The notes beneath the pieces were generated by a model. It did not search any database, was not told where the DNA came from, and was given only the letters and a program-made list of their open reading frames with translations. Positions 21,093 through 30,517 of a stretch of DNA of 64,000 bases are shown in pieces; positions within the stretch are counted from its first letter, which is position 1, and the number at the start of each line of letters is the position of its first letter. The stretch is from assembly GCA_965248445.1 (NCBI GenBank), contig CBDFJG010000004.1, positions 1,472,001-1,536,000 of the forward strand. Reading direction: 5' to 3'. This stretch comes from Planctomycetota bacterium. GTDB lineage: Bacteria; Planctomycetota; JAJSAM01; JAJVHW01. The position numbers and the translations under genes were made by a program.

Positions 21093-21646
21093 TGCCCGAG
21101 TTCTCGGAACAGCCAGGTACGCGCCCGTTCCCATGCTCTGTAGACCGTCGGCTCCGAGACTCCGAGCGCCTCGGCGGTCTCCGGCTCGGTCAGGCCACCG
21201 AAGAATCGCAGTTCGACGACCTCCGCCCAGCGCGGATCAAGCGCCTCCAGGCGCACGAGCGCCTCGTTGACGACGACCAGGTCGATGTCCGGCGCGGCGG
21301 CAACAGCGGAGTCGTGATAGAGCGTCACCCGCAGGCGGTCCCCTCCGCGTTTTTGCGCTGACTTGGCGCGAGCCATGTCGACGAGCACGGAGCGCATGGC
21401 GCGGGCCGCAGCCGCCAGGAAGTGGCGCCGGTCACCGAACGAGGGGTTCTCGTCCGCGAAGAGCCGCAGATACGCCTCATGCACGAGAGCGGTCGGTTGC
21501 AGCGTGTGCGCGGGGGTCTGACCACGCATCTGTGCACCCGCAACCCGCCGGAGCTCTTCGTGGAGCGTCCGGACGAGCTGGTCGCGCGCGTCCGTGGACC
21601 CGGCCTCCACCTCACGCAGCAGGCGTGTCACCTCACCGCTCGCCAT
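21089..21646 (-). CDS. ECF sigma factor, ECF43/TIGR02999-type
   Basis: Signature HTLQPTALVHEAYLRL, AARAMRSVLVD, KRGG, VELRFFGGL. Translationally coupled to the kinase. Confidence 0.9.
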   Translation of the reverse strand: MASGEVTRLLREVEAGSTDARDQLVRTLHEELRRVAGAQMRGQTPAHTLQPTALVHEAYLRLFADENPSFGDRRHFLAAAARAMRSVLVDMARAKSAQKRGGDRLRVTLYHDSAVAAAPDIDLVVVNEALVRLEALDPRWAEVVELRFFGGLTEPETAEALGVSEPTVYRAWERARTWLFRELGQ

Positions 21647-21821
21647 GTCCCCCGGTCCCTCCCGCAGCTCCGGACATCGGAGCCTAGCGGACCCTCCAAC
21701 CGCCTCGCCACGTCGGGCCACCAGTTTGCAATCCGGGAATTCGTGAGAGGGTCCGCCACGCGATTGCGTGCTCGTAGGTAGCGGCCGCCACGACGGCGGA
21801 ACGACCCGAAGGAGACCCGCC

Positions 21822-22733
21822 ATGCGTTACGTCCTGAGCCTGCTACTGATCGTGCTGTTCGCCCTCCCGTCCAACGCTGCGGATGTCACCACCGAGATCG
21901 ATCAGCTCGTCGCCGCCGTCGACGCCCGCCTGTCCGCCGGGGCCACGGGCAAGGAGGCGAGGAAGCTGCGCCGCGTGGTCACCGTTGCCGGCAAGACGTC
22001 CCCACCGGTGCTCGCGGATCAGGTCGCCAAGGTTCTGCTCGCCGTGCTGGCCGCGAAGTCGACCGACACGGCGGTCGAGGCCGAACTGGCCGATCTCCTG
22101 CAGTGCCTCTGCGACGACCTCAACGAGCGCCGGGACGAGTTGCCGAACATAATCGGCCAGGCCCCGAATCCCGGCGACCGGGTCAAGCTCAACAAGAAGG
22201 TCCCGGCGGTGATCGCCAAGATCGACAAGGCGAAGGCCCTCGTCGCGACCAACCCGAAGCGCGCGGTGAAGCTCCTACGCAGTGCCTTCCGGACGATCGT
22301 GCGCGTCGTGCAGAAGGTGAAGAAACTGGTGCAGAAGGGGCCCACCGGTTCCGGCGGATTGCCGCGAAATCTGTCGATCTTCCAGAACGGCACGAACGTC
22401 TATGCGTTCGTCAACGGAACGAAGAAGAGCTTCTTCGTGAAGGACATCATCCTCGACGGGAACATCCTCGTCGATGGCGCGCAGTTCGCTCCGCTGAACA
22501 AGGCGTCGTCGAAGGCGGCGGCTCCCCAGCTCTACACGGGTTTCAACACGCAGGTAATCAACGACCGGTCGTTCTTCTGCATGAGCGAACTGATGAACCC
22601 GTTGCTGCCCGCGAACACACCGCGTGACTTCAACGTCGTGGTCCGGATCGTCGGCAACATCACCATCAAGACGGACCACTTCGGGAAGATCAAGCTGCCG
22701 ATCGACTTCCGCATCTTCAAGACGGGCGACTGA
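21822..22733 (+). CDS. Secreted hypothetical protein
   Basis: SD AAGGAG, signal peptide ending SNA-A, host-like codon usage. Helical N-half and beta-rich C-half. Confidence 0.75.
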   Translation: MRYVLSLLLIVLFALPSNAADVTTEIDQLVAAVDARLSAGATGKEARKLRRVVTVAGKTSPPVLADQVAKVLLAVLAAKSTDTAVEAELADLLQCLCDDLNERRDELPNIIGQAPNPGDRVKLNKKVPAVIAKIDKAKALVATNPKRAVKLLRSAFRTIVRVVQKVKKLVQKGPTGSGGLPRNLSIFQNGTNVYAFVNGTKKSFFVKDIILDGNILVDGAQFAPLNKASSKAAAPQLYTGFNTQVINDRSFFCMSELMNPLLPANTPRDFNVVVRIVGNITIKTDHFGKIKLPIDFRIFKTGD

Positions 22734-22751
22734 AGACACCGCGAACGCGAA

Positions 22752-22794
22752 TACCGAGACTGGTGATGCGAATAGAAATTCACCGTTCTCGGTA
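22752..22794. terminator. Imperfect hairpin between convergent genes
   Basis: TACCGAGA..GGTGA / TCACC..TCTCGGTA inverted repeat. Confidence 0.4.
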
Positions 22795-22847
22795 CTCCGA
22801 GCGCTGAGATCGCCGTAGCAGCGGCCGCGCACGGGCACCCGCGTCGA

Positions 22848-24863
22848 TCACTTGCGCGACCGGCCCCACGCTAGCCGCCACTTCACGGCGGCCGCGGCGG
22901 CCTGGCCCGCGAACGGGCTGTCCGGGTACCGCCACGCCATCGCCTCGAACGTCTCGATCGCGAGGCGGCGGTGCCGCTCCCGTTCGTCGTGCCCGATCGC
23001 ACGGACGATCGCCGAGTCCGCCGCCTTCACGTGGCAGGTGCCGATCGTGAAGAGCGCTCCGTCGGCCAGGGCATACGAGGGATCGCGGCGCAGAACTTCC
23101 TCGAAGTGGCCGATCGCCCGCTTCCAGCTGACGATGTAACGGCGGTAGTCCTGCGCGGCGGCGTCGAGATGGTCGTCGTCGTCGAGCGCGCGGGACAGCG
23201 GGAGGTGGCCGCGCGAGCGCATGGGGAGCGAGCACGCGGGATAGGCCACGCCCGCGTCGAAGTAGTGGACCGCGGCCTGTTTGTAGATCAGGTCGAGTGC
23301 GTCGTCGGGCGGTGCGTTCGCCTCGCGGCGCTCTAGCTCCGCCAGCGTCTCCCAGGCCCGGAACTGGTTTCGCAGCCGCGCGGACGCAATCTCGACCGCA
23401 TCCGTGATCGTCTCGGTGCGGAGCGCTTGCGGCGGGGAGGGGCTCATCCAGCGCGTCGTGCGCTGGATGTCCTCCGATGGAGATCGCGGCGCGACGCGCC
23501 GGAGCGAGTCGCCCGCGGGGAGACGCGTCTCCCCGCTGTCCACACCGCGCGTGACCGGCGCACTCCACCGGGCGCGGTAGGCAACCGAGAGGTGCAGAGC
23601 GGGCTCCGCCGTCGCGATGGACTCGAGGTCGCCCAGCGCTGCGTCGTACCCGCGCGTGCGTGCGCGACGAAGAGTGCGGAGGTACAGCAGTAGCTCGCGG
23701 TTGCGATCGGGGAACTCCGGATCGATGACGTGCTGCGCGACGGGATCGCCGGGAGGTGCGAGCGCAACGAGCGAGATCATCAGCGCGACCGCGGCGTACT
23801 GCATGTCGTCGTCGGGCTCGACCGCCGCTCGTGACGCCCAGCGCAGCGCCTCGACCGAACGCCCCGATGCGTGGTGGAGGAGCGCGACCCGGTACGCCAT
23901 GTTGTCCGAGCCGCAGTGCCCGGGATAGCGTCGCAGCCAGGCCGTGAGCAGGCGCCGCGTCGTGTCGTCGTCCGCGGTGGCGTCGTGCGCCCACGGGAAC
24001 GGCGCCCCCTGGTTGTTGTAACTCCGCGCGTGACGGTGGAAGTATGGGCGGTCGCCGAGCACTTCGATGCAGCGGTAGCTCCGCAGGACGTCACGCTCGC
24101 CGCGTTTCTCGATCGGGGTCGTGGCCGACACCCAGAAGATCCGGCGACGGACTCTCGCCTCGGACGGCGCGGCTGCGAGCCGCTCGAATTGCGCGACGGC
24201 GCCCCGGTCGCCGGCGAATGCCAGCGCGCAGATCGCGTCCTCGGCGTCGCCTGGGTCCTGGCCGTTCGCCAGCGCCCGCAGCATCGGAAAGCCCACGTCC
24301 GGAGGCAGGGCGATTGCCATGTGGAAGATCAGGGCCTGGCGAGCCACGACGCTCTGTGCACCGGCGAGCGCCTCGTTCAGGACGTCCGCCATGGGCTCCG
24401 GCTCCCAGTGGAACCGAGTGCTCGCCTCGGCCAGCGGGCGCTCCGGGTCGTCCGCGGCCGTCCTGACAGGGAGTCCGCCGATGCGGTGCATCGTGCGAAG
24501 GAAGTGCGGATATCGGGTCGCAGAGCTGAGCGCCGGAGTGAGCAGCGGGATCTCGTGCTGCGCAGCGAAGTAGCGCGGATTGCGCGACCCGAACGGCCAT
24601 CGACGCTCTTGCTCAGGGGGGGCGATCTGAGCTCGGTCGCGCGCGCGTCGCGTCCCGCGGAGCGACTCACTCTCGTCGCTGTCGCCGAATGAGGCGTCGC
24701 CGCGCTGATCCGGCGCCAGCTCGCGGGCGACGGTCCATGTGTCTGCTGCGTCCGACACCGTCTCCGGTGTGTCGCGCAAGACGACGACGGCGCCCGCCAT
24801 CGCGGCGATGAGCGCGGCCCCCGCCACGATTACGAACAGATTTCTCCCCACTGCGCGCTTCAT
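22848..24863 (-). CDS. Membrane-anchored hypothetical protein with TPR-like segments
   Basis: N-terminal hydrophobic helix; TPR-like stretches LRRYPGH..DNMAYR, ADGALFTIG, RYPDSPFA. Confidence 0.65.
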   Translation of the reverse strand: MKRAVGRNLFVIVAGAALIAAMAGAVVVLRDTPETVSDAADTWTVARELAPDQRGDASFGDSDESESLRGTRRARDRAQIAPPEQERRWPFGSRNPRYFAAQHEIPLLTPALSSATRYPHFLRTMHRIGGLPVRTAADDPERPLAEASTRFHWEPEPMADVLNEALAGAQSVVARQALIFHMAIALPPDVGFPMLRALANGQDPGDAEDAICALAFAGDRGAVAQFERLAAAPSEARVRRRIFWVSATTPIEKRGERDVLRSYRCIEVLGDRPYFHRHARSYNNQGAPFPWAHDATADDDTTRRLLTAWLRRYPGHCGSDNMAYRVALLHHASGRSVEALRWASRAAVEPDDDMQYAAVALMISLVALAPPGDPVAQHVIDPEFPDRNRELLLYLRTLRRARTRGYDAALGDLESIATAEPALHLSVAYRARWSAPVTRGVDSGETRLPAGDSLRRVAPRSPSEDIQRTTRWMSPSPPQALRTETITDAVEIASARLRNQFRAWETLAELERREANAPPDDALDLIYKQAAVHYFDAGVAYPACSLPMRSRGHLPLSRALDDDDHLDAAAQDYRRYIVSWKRAIGHFEEVLRRDPSYALADGALFTIGTCHVKAADSAIVRAIGHDERERHRRLAIETFEAMAWRYPDSPFAGQAAAAAVKWRLAWGRSRK

Positions 24864-24957
24864 ATCGGTCTCCACGCCACGCAGTCCTGTAGGGGACGTG
24901 TCATTGTCCGGGACACGTCGAGGAGCAATCGGGCACATGCAACGCGCGTCGCCGCGT

Positions 24958-25368
24958 TCACCCGCAGAACGGATTGACGACCTTCACGCCGCCGAACGTC
25001 TGACCGTCTTGCATGTCCTCGGTGAGTACGCGCCGGCAGCCCGCGATCGTCGCGGCGCGCACGATCAACGCGTCCCAGAACGAGACGGAGTGCAGACGCG
25101 TGATGTCGATCGCATCGAGGATCATCGGCACTTCGACGCGGACGGTCTCGAGTGTCGCGAACAGCTCTACCTGACGACGAGCAGCGACGACGTCGATGCC
25201 GAGCTTGCGCGTTGCGATGACGAAGTACTCCTGCAGCACCTGCGTCGACACGACGGCACTCCGCGTGCGCATGGCATCGCGCACGATCTCCCGCGCGCGC
25301 TCACACTTGTCACCGGCGTCGGCGTCGGCCGCGTAGACGAGGACGTTCGTGTCGAGGAAGTCGCGCAT
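24958..25368 (-). CDS. PIN-domain toxin (VapC-like)
   Basis: FLDTNVLVYA, STQVLQEY, SFWDALIV, LTED, VVNPF. Confidence 0.92.
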   Translation of the reverse strand: MRDFLDTNVLVYAADADAGDKCERAREIVRDAMRTRSAVVSTQVLQEYFVIATRKLGIDVVAARRQVELFATLETVRVEVPMILDAIDITRLHSVSFWDALIVRAATIAGCRRVLTEDMQDGQTFGGVKVVNPFCG

Positions 25369-25370
25369 GC

Positions 25371-25601
25371 TCAGGTGCGGTCCTCGTATGCCGCATCGCG
25401 GCCGATGCGGCGTCCTCCCGAGCGGCCCACGTGCTCGGTGAGCAGGTCCATGAGCTCGTCGGCCACCTCGCGGGTCGGCCGCTCGCCGGCCAGCGCGCGG
25501 AGGCACCCACGGAGGTACTCCTGGAGGCTCAGCCCGCGCTCCTGGGCGGCCACCCGGGAGCGACGGAGGAGTTCATCGTCGACGGCGATCGTCACGTTCA
25601 T
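25371..25601 (-). CDS. Antitoxin (ribbon-helix-helix, VapB-like)
   Basis: 76 aa starting MNVTIAVDDELL, directly upstream of the PIN toxin. Confidence 0.85.
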   Translation of the reverse strand: MNVTIAVDDELLRRSRVAAQERGLSLQEYLRGCLRALAGERPTREVADELMDLLTEHVGRSGGRRIGRDAAYEDRT

Positions 25602-25636
25602 TCACACAGGATACGTGTACACGTGATACGTGTCCA
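25602..25636 (-). promoter_or_regulatory. Leaderless sigma70-type promoter with an operator palindrome for the TA operon
   Basis: Minus strand reads TGGACA-17nt-TATCCT-6nt-ATG. Palindrome ACGTGTACACGT at 25613-25624; GATACGTGT repeated twice. Confidence 0.7.
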
Positions 25637-25808
25637 TTCGGAACGGGCGTTTCTCGGGGAACGCTGAGGAGGACGGGCCGGCTCGGGCAGCGGGTCACAC
25701 GGCCGGTCCGTGATGCGGGCTGCGTCGCGGGCTGCGTCGCGGGTTGTGCCGCGGGAGGCTGAGCGCCGGAGAACTAGACCCCGCCCCGGGCCCGTCGATC
25801 ATGGCGGC

Positions 25809-27368
25809 GTGACGAGTCAGGCGACGGAACGAGGCGGCAGGGCGCGACGACTGTGGGTGATCGCGGCCGTCATCGCGCTTTGCGCCGCCTGCAACGACGA
25901 CGGCAAGACACCGGCGAACCCGCCCGCGCTGCCGCCGGCCGACGAGCGGCCGATCGAAGAGCGCGTTCGGGACTGGTGCGCGCAGTGTCATAAGTTCCCG
26001 CAGCCCGGGTCGCTGCCTGCGAAGAAGTGGGCGGCGCAGGTCCGCGCGATGTACGACCTCGCCACGTCGGATCCGCGCATCGAGCCCGAGCCGGACCTGC
26101 GCGAGACGATCCGGTGGTTCGAGAAGCGCGCGCCCCGCGAACTTCGGCTACCGAGATCGCAGGCCGCGAACGGTCCGGGTTCGCTCGTGTTGCGCCGGCA
26201 CGGATGGAAGCCACCGCCGGCCGGACCGGACCCGGCGGTCGCGCTGGTCCACTTCGCCCACCTCGCGGACGCGGATCGCCTCGACCTCGTCATGTGCGAC
26301 ATGCGACACGGCTTCATCCTGCGGATGCGGCCGTCTCGCGACGATGCCGAGTGGCACATGATCGCGCGGGCACCCCATCCCGGCCGCGCCATCGCCGTAG
26401 ACCTGAACGAAGACGGGAACAAGGACCTGCTCGTGGCGGACCTTGCCACGCTGCAGCCGGGCGACACCCGCGACGGGAAGGTGCTGTGGTACGGGGGCAA
26501 GGGGGACGGCTCGTTCGGACAGCCGCTCGTGCTGCTCGCCGGCGTCGGCCGGGTGGCCGACGTGCACGCGAGCGACATCGACGCCGACGGCGATACCGAC
26601 ATCGTGGTGGGCGTGTTCGGCTCGCGCAAGACGGGCAAGCTGCTCGTGCTCGCCAACCGGGGCAAGAAGGACAAGAACGGCATGCCGCTGTTCGACGAGT
26701 GGGTGCTCGACAACAGGCCGGGTGCGATCGACACGCCCGTCGTGGACATGGACGGAGACGGACAGGGCGATGTCGTCGCGCTGATGGCGCAGGAGATCGA
26801 GTCGGTGATCGTCCATCTCTACCGCGGGCCGAACAGCTTCGAGCGTCGCGTCATCTTCGAGGGACCGCACCCCGGTTGGGGGGCGAGCGGCATGGAAGTC
26901 GTCGACGTCGACGGCGATGGCGACTTGGACGTGGTCGTCGTCAACGGCGACACCACGGACGCCTCGGTCGTCCGGCCGGATCACGGCGTGACCTACCTCG
27001 AGAATCGTGGCGAGTATCCGTTCTTCGCACACGATCAATGGAAGCTGCCGGCAGCGTATGCCGTGCGCGCGCGGGACATGGACGCCGACGGGGACATCGA
27101 CATCGTCGCCGCCACGTTCCGTCCGCAGGAGACCGACGAGGACGCCGCGAAGTTCGAGTCTCTCATCTGGCTGGAGCAGACCGAGCCGGGGGAGTTCGCG
27201 CGGTTCTCGCTCGAGTCCGGCAACGGCCATCACATGTGCCTGGACGTCGCGGACTACGACGGAGACGGTGACATGGACATCGTGACCGGGAACGCGACGT
27301 TCCACCCCGAGCGGCCGGGGCCCCCGCTCCCGGACTGGATCTCCGTCTTCGAGAACGTGAGCCGGTAG
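25809..27368 (+). CDS. Lipoprotein with a c-type heme motif and FG-GAP/VCBS repeats
   Basis: Lipobox LCAAC, CAQCH, and repeated DxDxDG motifs (DLNEDG, DIDADG, DMDGDG, DVDGDG, DMDADG, DYDGDG). Start approximate. Confidence 0.8.
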   Translation: MTSQATERGGRARRLWVIAAVIALCAACNDDGKTPANPPALPPADERPIEERVRDWCAQCHKFPQPGSLPAKKWAAQVRAMYDLATSDPRIEPEPDLRETIRWFEKRAPRELRLPRSQAANGPGSLVLRRHGWKPPPAGPDPAVALVHFAHLADADRLDLVMCDMRHGFILRMRPSRDDAEWHMIARAPHPGRAIAVDLNEDGNKDLLVADLATLQPGDTRDGKVLWYGGKGDGSFGQPLVLLAGVGRVADVHASDIDADGDTDIVVGVFGSRKTGKLLVLANRGKKDKNGMPLFDEWVLDNRPGAIDTPVVDMDGDGQGDVVALMAQEIESVIVHLYRGPNSFERRVIFEGPHPGWGASGMEVVDVDGDGDLDVVVVNGDTTDASVVRPDHGVTYLENRGEYPFFAHDQWKLPAAYAVRARDMDADGDIDIVAATFRPQETDEDAAKFESLIWLEQTEPGEFARFSLESGNGHHMCLDVADYDGDGDMDIVTGNATFHPERPGPPLPDWISVFENVSR

Positions 27369-27489
27369 CCCGCGTAGAGGGAGGCTCAGACGGCGTCTCA
27401 GACGGGGGCTCAGGCCGGGATCGAGCGTGGCCGATCAGGAACCTCGGGCGCACGTGCGCCCGTCCAAGCCGCGGAGGTAACCTCTGAAC

Positions 27490-28065
27490 ATGCGCTCGCG
27501 AGTCCCCTCGGCATCCGTGCCCCTCCCCCTGCCTCTGCCCCTGATCCTCGCGCTCGGGCTGGGGGCGCTTGCGTTCGCACCGGACCCTGCTCCGGCGCAG
27601 GACGAGGACGACTTCCCGTTCCTCGAGGATGCGCCCGTCGACAACGACCCGCCGGACGACGACGTGGACGTGGACGGCGACGGCGTGCCGGAGCGCTCCA
27701 CCGATGACTCGACCGAGGCGTACCTGAAGGCCCTCGACCTACAGCGGAAGCGCAAGTGGCGCTCCGCGCAGAAGGCCTTCCAGAAGATGCTCAAGAAGCA
27801 CCCCGAGTCGGTGCACAAGGAAGACGCGCTGAACCGGTCCGAGCCGAACCACTTCGCGGGCGTGACCGTCATCCACGAGAGCGGTCCCTCGTCGCGGCGC
27901 ATCGACGTCGCCGTGATGGGGGACGGCTTCACGCACGAGAAGAGCTCGCAGAAGAAGCAGGAGGACTGGGCCGAGCTCTGCCTGGACGTGCTGTGGAGCG
28001 AGGCGTCGTTCGAGGAGTACAAGGACTACTTCAACTACTACTTCGTGCGTCTCGTCAGCGAGGAC
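27490..28065 (+). pseudogene. M64 (IgA peptidase-like) family protein truncated by IS66
   Basis: Signal peptide, TPR-like helix, then RIDVAVMGDGFT...FEEYKDYFN, the start of an M64 domain. Cut at the IS end before any HExxH. Confidence 0.7.
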
Positions 28066-29565
28066 GTAACCGTTCACCCCTTGACAGCGTGTGAGCCTCA
28101 GCGTGCGAGGGGCAGCGGGACCATGACGGGCGGGTCGGCGCCGGTGAGGTGCGCGGCGACCGAGTCGGCGAGGAAGTCGAAGACTTGGTCGCCACGGCGT
28201 CGCAGCGTGGCCGCGGCGGTCAACACGCGCTCGGCGAAGCGGAGTCCGCGAGCGGACTGGCTTCCGAAGGAGCCCTTGCGCCAGAGCACCGCTTTGCGGA
28301 CCGCGCGCTCGGCGGCGTTGTTCGTCGGACTCACGTCCTGGGTCCGCGCATAGGTGAAGAGGGCGACCACGCGGGGGCGCAGATGGTTGGCCAGAGCCGA
28401 GTCGTCGTTCGCGATCAGTCGCTCGAGCCGTCCGCGCAGCACAGCGGCTTCGCCTTGCAGCCGGTCACGGTCGCCGTGCTCACCGAAGAGCCGGTAGCTG
28501 CGCATGACCGACTGCGCGATCATGACGCCCTTGTTGCCGAAGCGGCGATGTCCTCGCGGGCCTTCGGCCAGCGCACGGAAGGCGCGCTCGATGTGCGCCC
28601 AGCAGAGCTGGCGGCGGGCAAGTGGGTGTGACTCGTAGGCACCCATCCGGTCGCTGATCACCGTGCCACCGAAGCGCCGCCCGATCAGCCGCCCTTTCGC
28701 CTTGGCACTGCGGCGGCGATCGATCCCGAAGGCTGTGGCGTGCTCGCTCTCCGCCGCCCACAGCCAGCACACCCGGCCCCGTTCCTTCCACGACGTCTCG
28801 TCCACGTTGGCTCGCAGCGACGTGCGGACTGCCCCGAGGGCTTCGAGGTACGACGAGTGCAGAGCGTCACTGAGCCGACGCTCACAGTCGCTGATCTTGC
28901 CCAGCGACATCTTCACACCGAAGATCTCACCGAGCAGCCGCTGCGTCTCCCGCACGCTCACGCGGTACACGCCGCGCAGCGCGCCGGCAAGTGTGGTCAG
29001 CCGCGGACCGAAGGCCCCGGTCGGCACGCCATCGGGCAGGACCGCCGTCGTGACCGCACGACAGCGCCGGCACCGCGCCTTGTGCAGCCGGTGCTCCCGC
29101 ACCGTGACGAGCACGCGCGGGAGCACCGTCACCTGGTGCCGGTACGGATCGCCGATGCCCTGCTCGAGATCGTCGTGTCCGCACGCGTCGCAGAGGTCGG
29201 GACGGTGCTCCTTGGTCTCATCGACGTTGGACGGATCCACCAGCTCGCGCGCCGTGCCCTCATGGCCCGGCTGTCCGCCCTGCTTGCGACCGCTACGCGG
29301 CCTTCGGCCGCGACGGCGCTTGGACCACGCCGGGTCCGACGACGGAGGCCTCGAGCTGTTGCGGGAGTCACGCTTCAGACGCGACTCGAGCTCGTCGATG
29401 CGGCGCAGATGCTTCGCTTCGCGACGCTCCAGCTCCTCGATCCAGGCCAGAAGGCCCTCGACCATCGCCCGCAGATCCTCGTCCTGCCGCTCGCCCACAA
29501 CATCTTGATCGACCGATGGCCGAACGATCTGGATCCTGGCTCGCGACGAAGGGGTGAACGGTTAC
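28066..29565 (-). mobile_element. IS66-family element, single-ORF type (1500 bp)
   Basis: Perfect 17-bp terminal IRs GTAACCGTTCACCCCTT. The 8-bp flanks (GCGAGGAC vs GGCCAGCG) do not match. Confidence 0.92.
28098..29498 (-). CDS. IS66-family transposase
   Basis: NSSRPPSSD, GGQPGHEG, zinc finger CxxC..CxxC, NVDETSW, SDR, QLCWAH, PTNNAAERAVR. Confidence 0.93.
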   Translation of the reverse strand: MGERQDEDLRAMVEGLLAWIEELERREAKHLRRIDELESRLKRDSRNSSRPPSSDPAWSKRRRGRRPRSGRKQGGQPGHEGTARELVDPSNVDETKEHRPDLCDACGHDDLEQGIGDPYRHQVTVLPRVLVTVREHRLHKARCRRCRAVTTAVLPDGVPTGAFGPRLTTLAGALRGVYRVSVRETQRLLGEIFGVKMSLGKISDCERRLSDALHSSYLEALGAVRTSLRANVDETSWKERGRVCWLWAAESEHATAFGIDRRRSAKAKGRLIGRRFGGTVISDRMGAYESHPLARRQLCWAHIERAFRALAEGPRGHRRFGNKGVMIAQSVMRSYRLFGEHGDRDRLQGEAAVLRGRLERLIANDDSALANHLRPRVVALFTYARTQDVSPTNNAAERAVRKAVLWRKGSFGSQSARGLRFAERVLTAAATLRRRGDQVFDFLADSVAAHLTGADPPVMVPLPLAR

Positions 29566-30363
29566 GGCCAGCGCGGTCTTCGAGGACGGTTTACAGATCG
29601 TGATGTGATCGGCGTCCATGGGGATCGGGACGACCCCAGCCATGCCCGGATCCGCCGACCCTTCGTCGACGACGCGCAGGCCCGCGATGTTCTGCGTCTC
29701 GAAGTAGACCTGCGTCGCGATGCCCAACTTGCCGGCGTTGGCGCGATACCACTGGTTGAGAGAGCGGAGTGCGGGATCGTGGGCCTTCAGTCCGTCTATC
29801 GAGACGCTCGGGCGGAGCAGAACGGCCGGCAGCTTCTCGACGAACGTGGCGATGCCCGATCCGGTGTGCGGCGTCGAGAGGAAGACGATTCCCTTCGTCT
29901 GATCCACGATCGCGCCCCACTTCGGGTCGTCACTGAAGTCGGACGCCTGCCGGAGGAGTTCCTTTGCGAGCAGCCCGCCCATGCTGTGGGAGATGAAGAG
30001 TACCGGCCGCGCTCCGAGGCCGTGCGCGGCGAGCAGGGCGAGCGTGTTGGTCGCGCGGTCCGTGAGCGGCATCGCGCGGCCTCTCCAGTCGGAGGAACTC
30101 ACGGCGTAGCCCAGCGTCCACACGCGTAGTTGCGGGTGGTCCTCGGCGACCCAGCGCGGCCAGAAGTCGTCTGGCCTCTCGTCCGGATGCCACGACGCGA
30201 CGGGGTCCCCGTCGAGGCCGTGCACGAAGACGAGGTCAGCGGTGTACTCCGCTCCGTGCCGCTGGGCCACCGGCATGAGCCGCGATTCCGAAGACGCTTC
30301 GGCGGGCCGGAACCCGCGCAGCGTCCAGCGCACGACCTGCTTCAGTCGCTCTCTCACGCCCAT
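29566..30363 (-). pseudogene. SERAC1/PGAP1-like alpha/beta hydrolase, 3'-truncated by IS66
   Basis: FVHGLDG, nucleophile SHSMGG, FLSTPHTGS, DADHITICKP. No stop codon before the IS end. Confidence 0.8.
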
Positions 30364-30517
30364 CGTCGGTTGCTCTCCCCCCCGAGTCGAGCGGTGGCGA
30401 GCCTACCGGTCGGCGCAGGTCGGCGACAGCGTCACGTCGCGCTCGGAGCCTGGGACGCGCACGGAACCGCCTCGCGCCTCGCCGAGCCTCCTGCGCAAGG
30501 CGGGTACGATGACCCCG

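Noticed and set aside
29574..29590. CGAGGAC near the right IS66 end as a displaced target duplication
   Set aside because: It lies 15 bp from the IR, inside hydrolase coding sequence; a 7-bp match can occur by chance.
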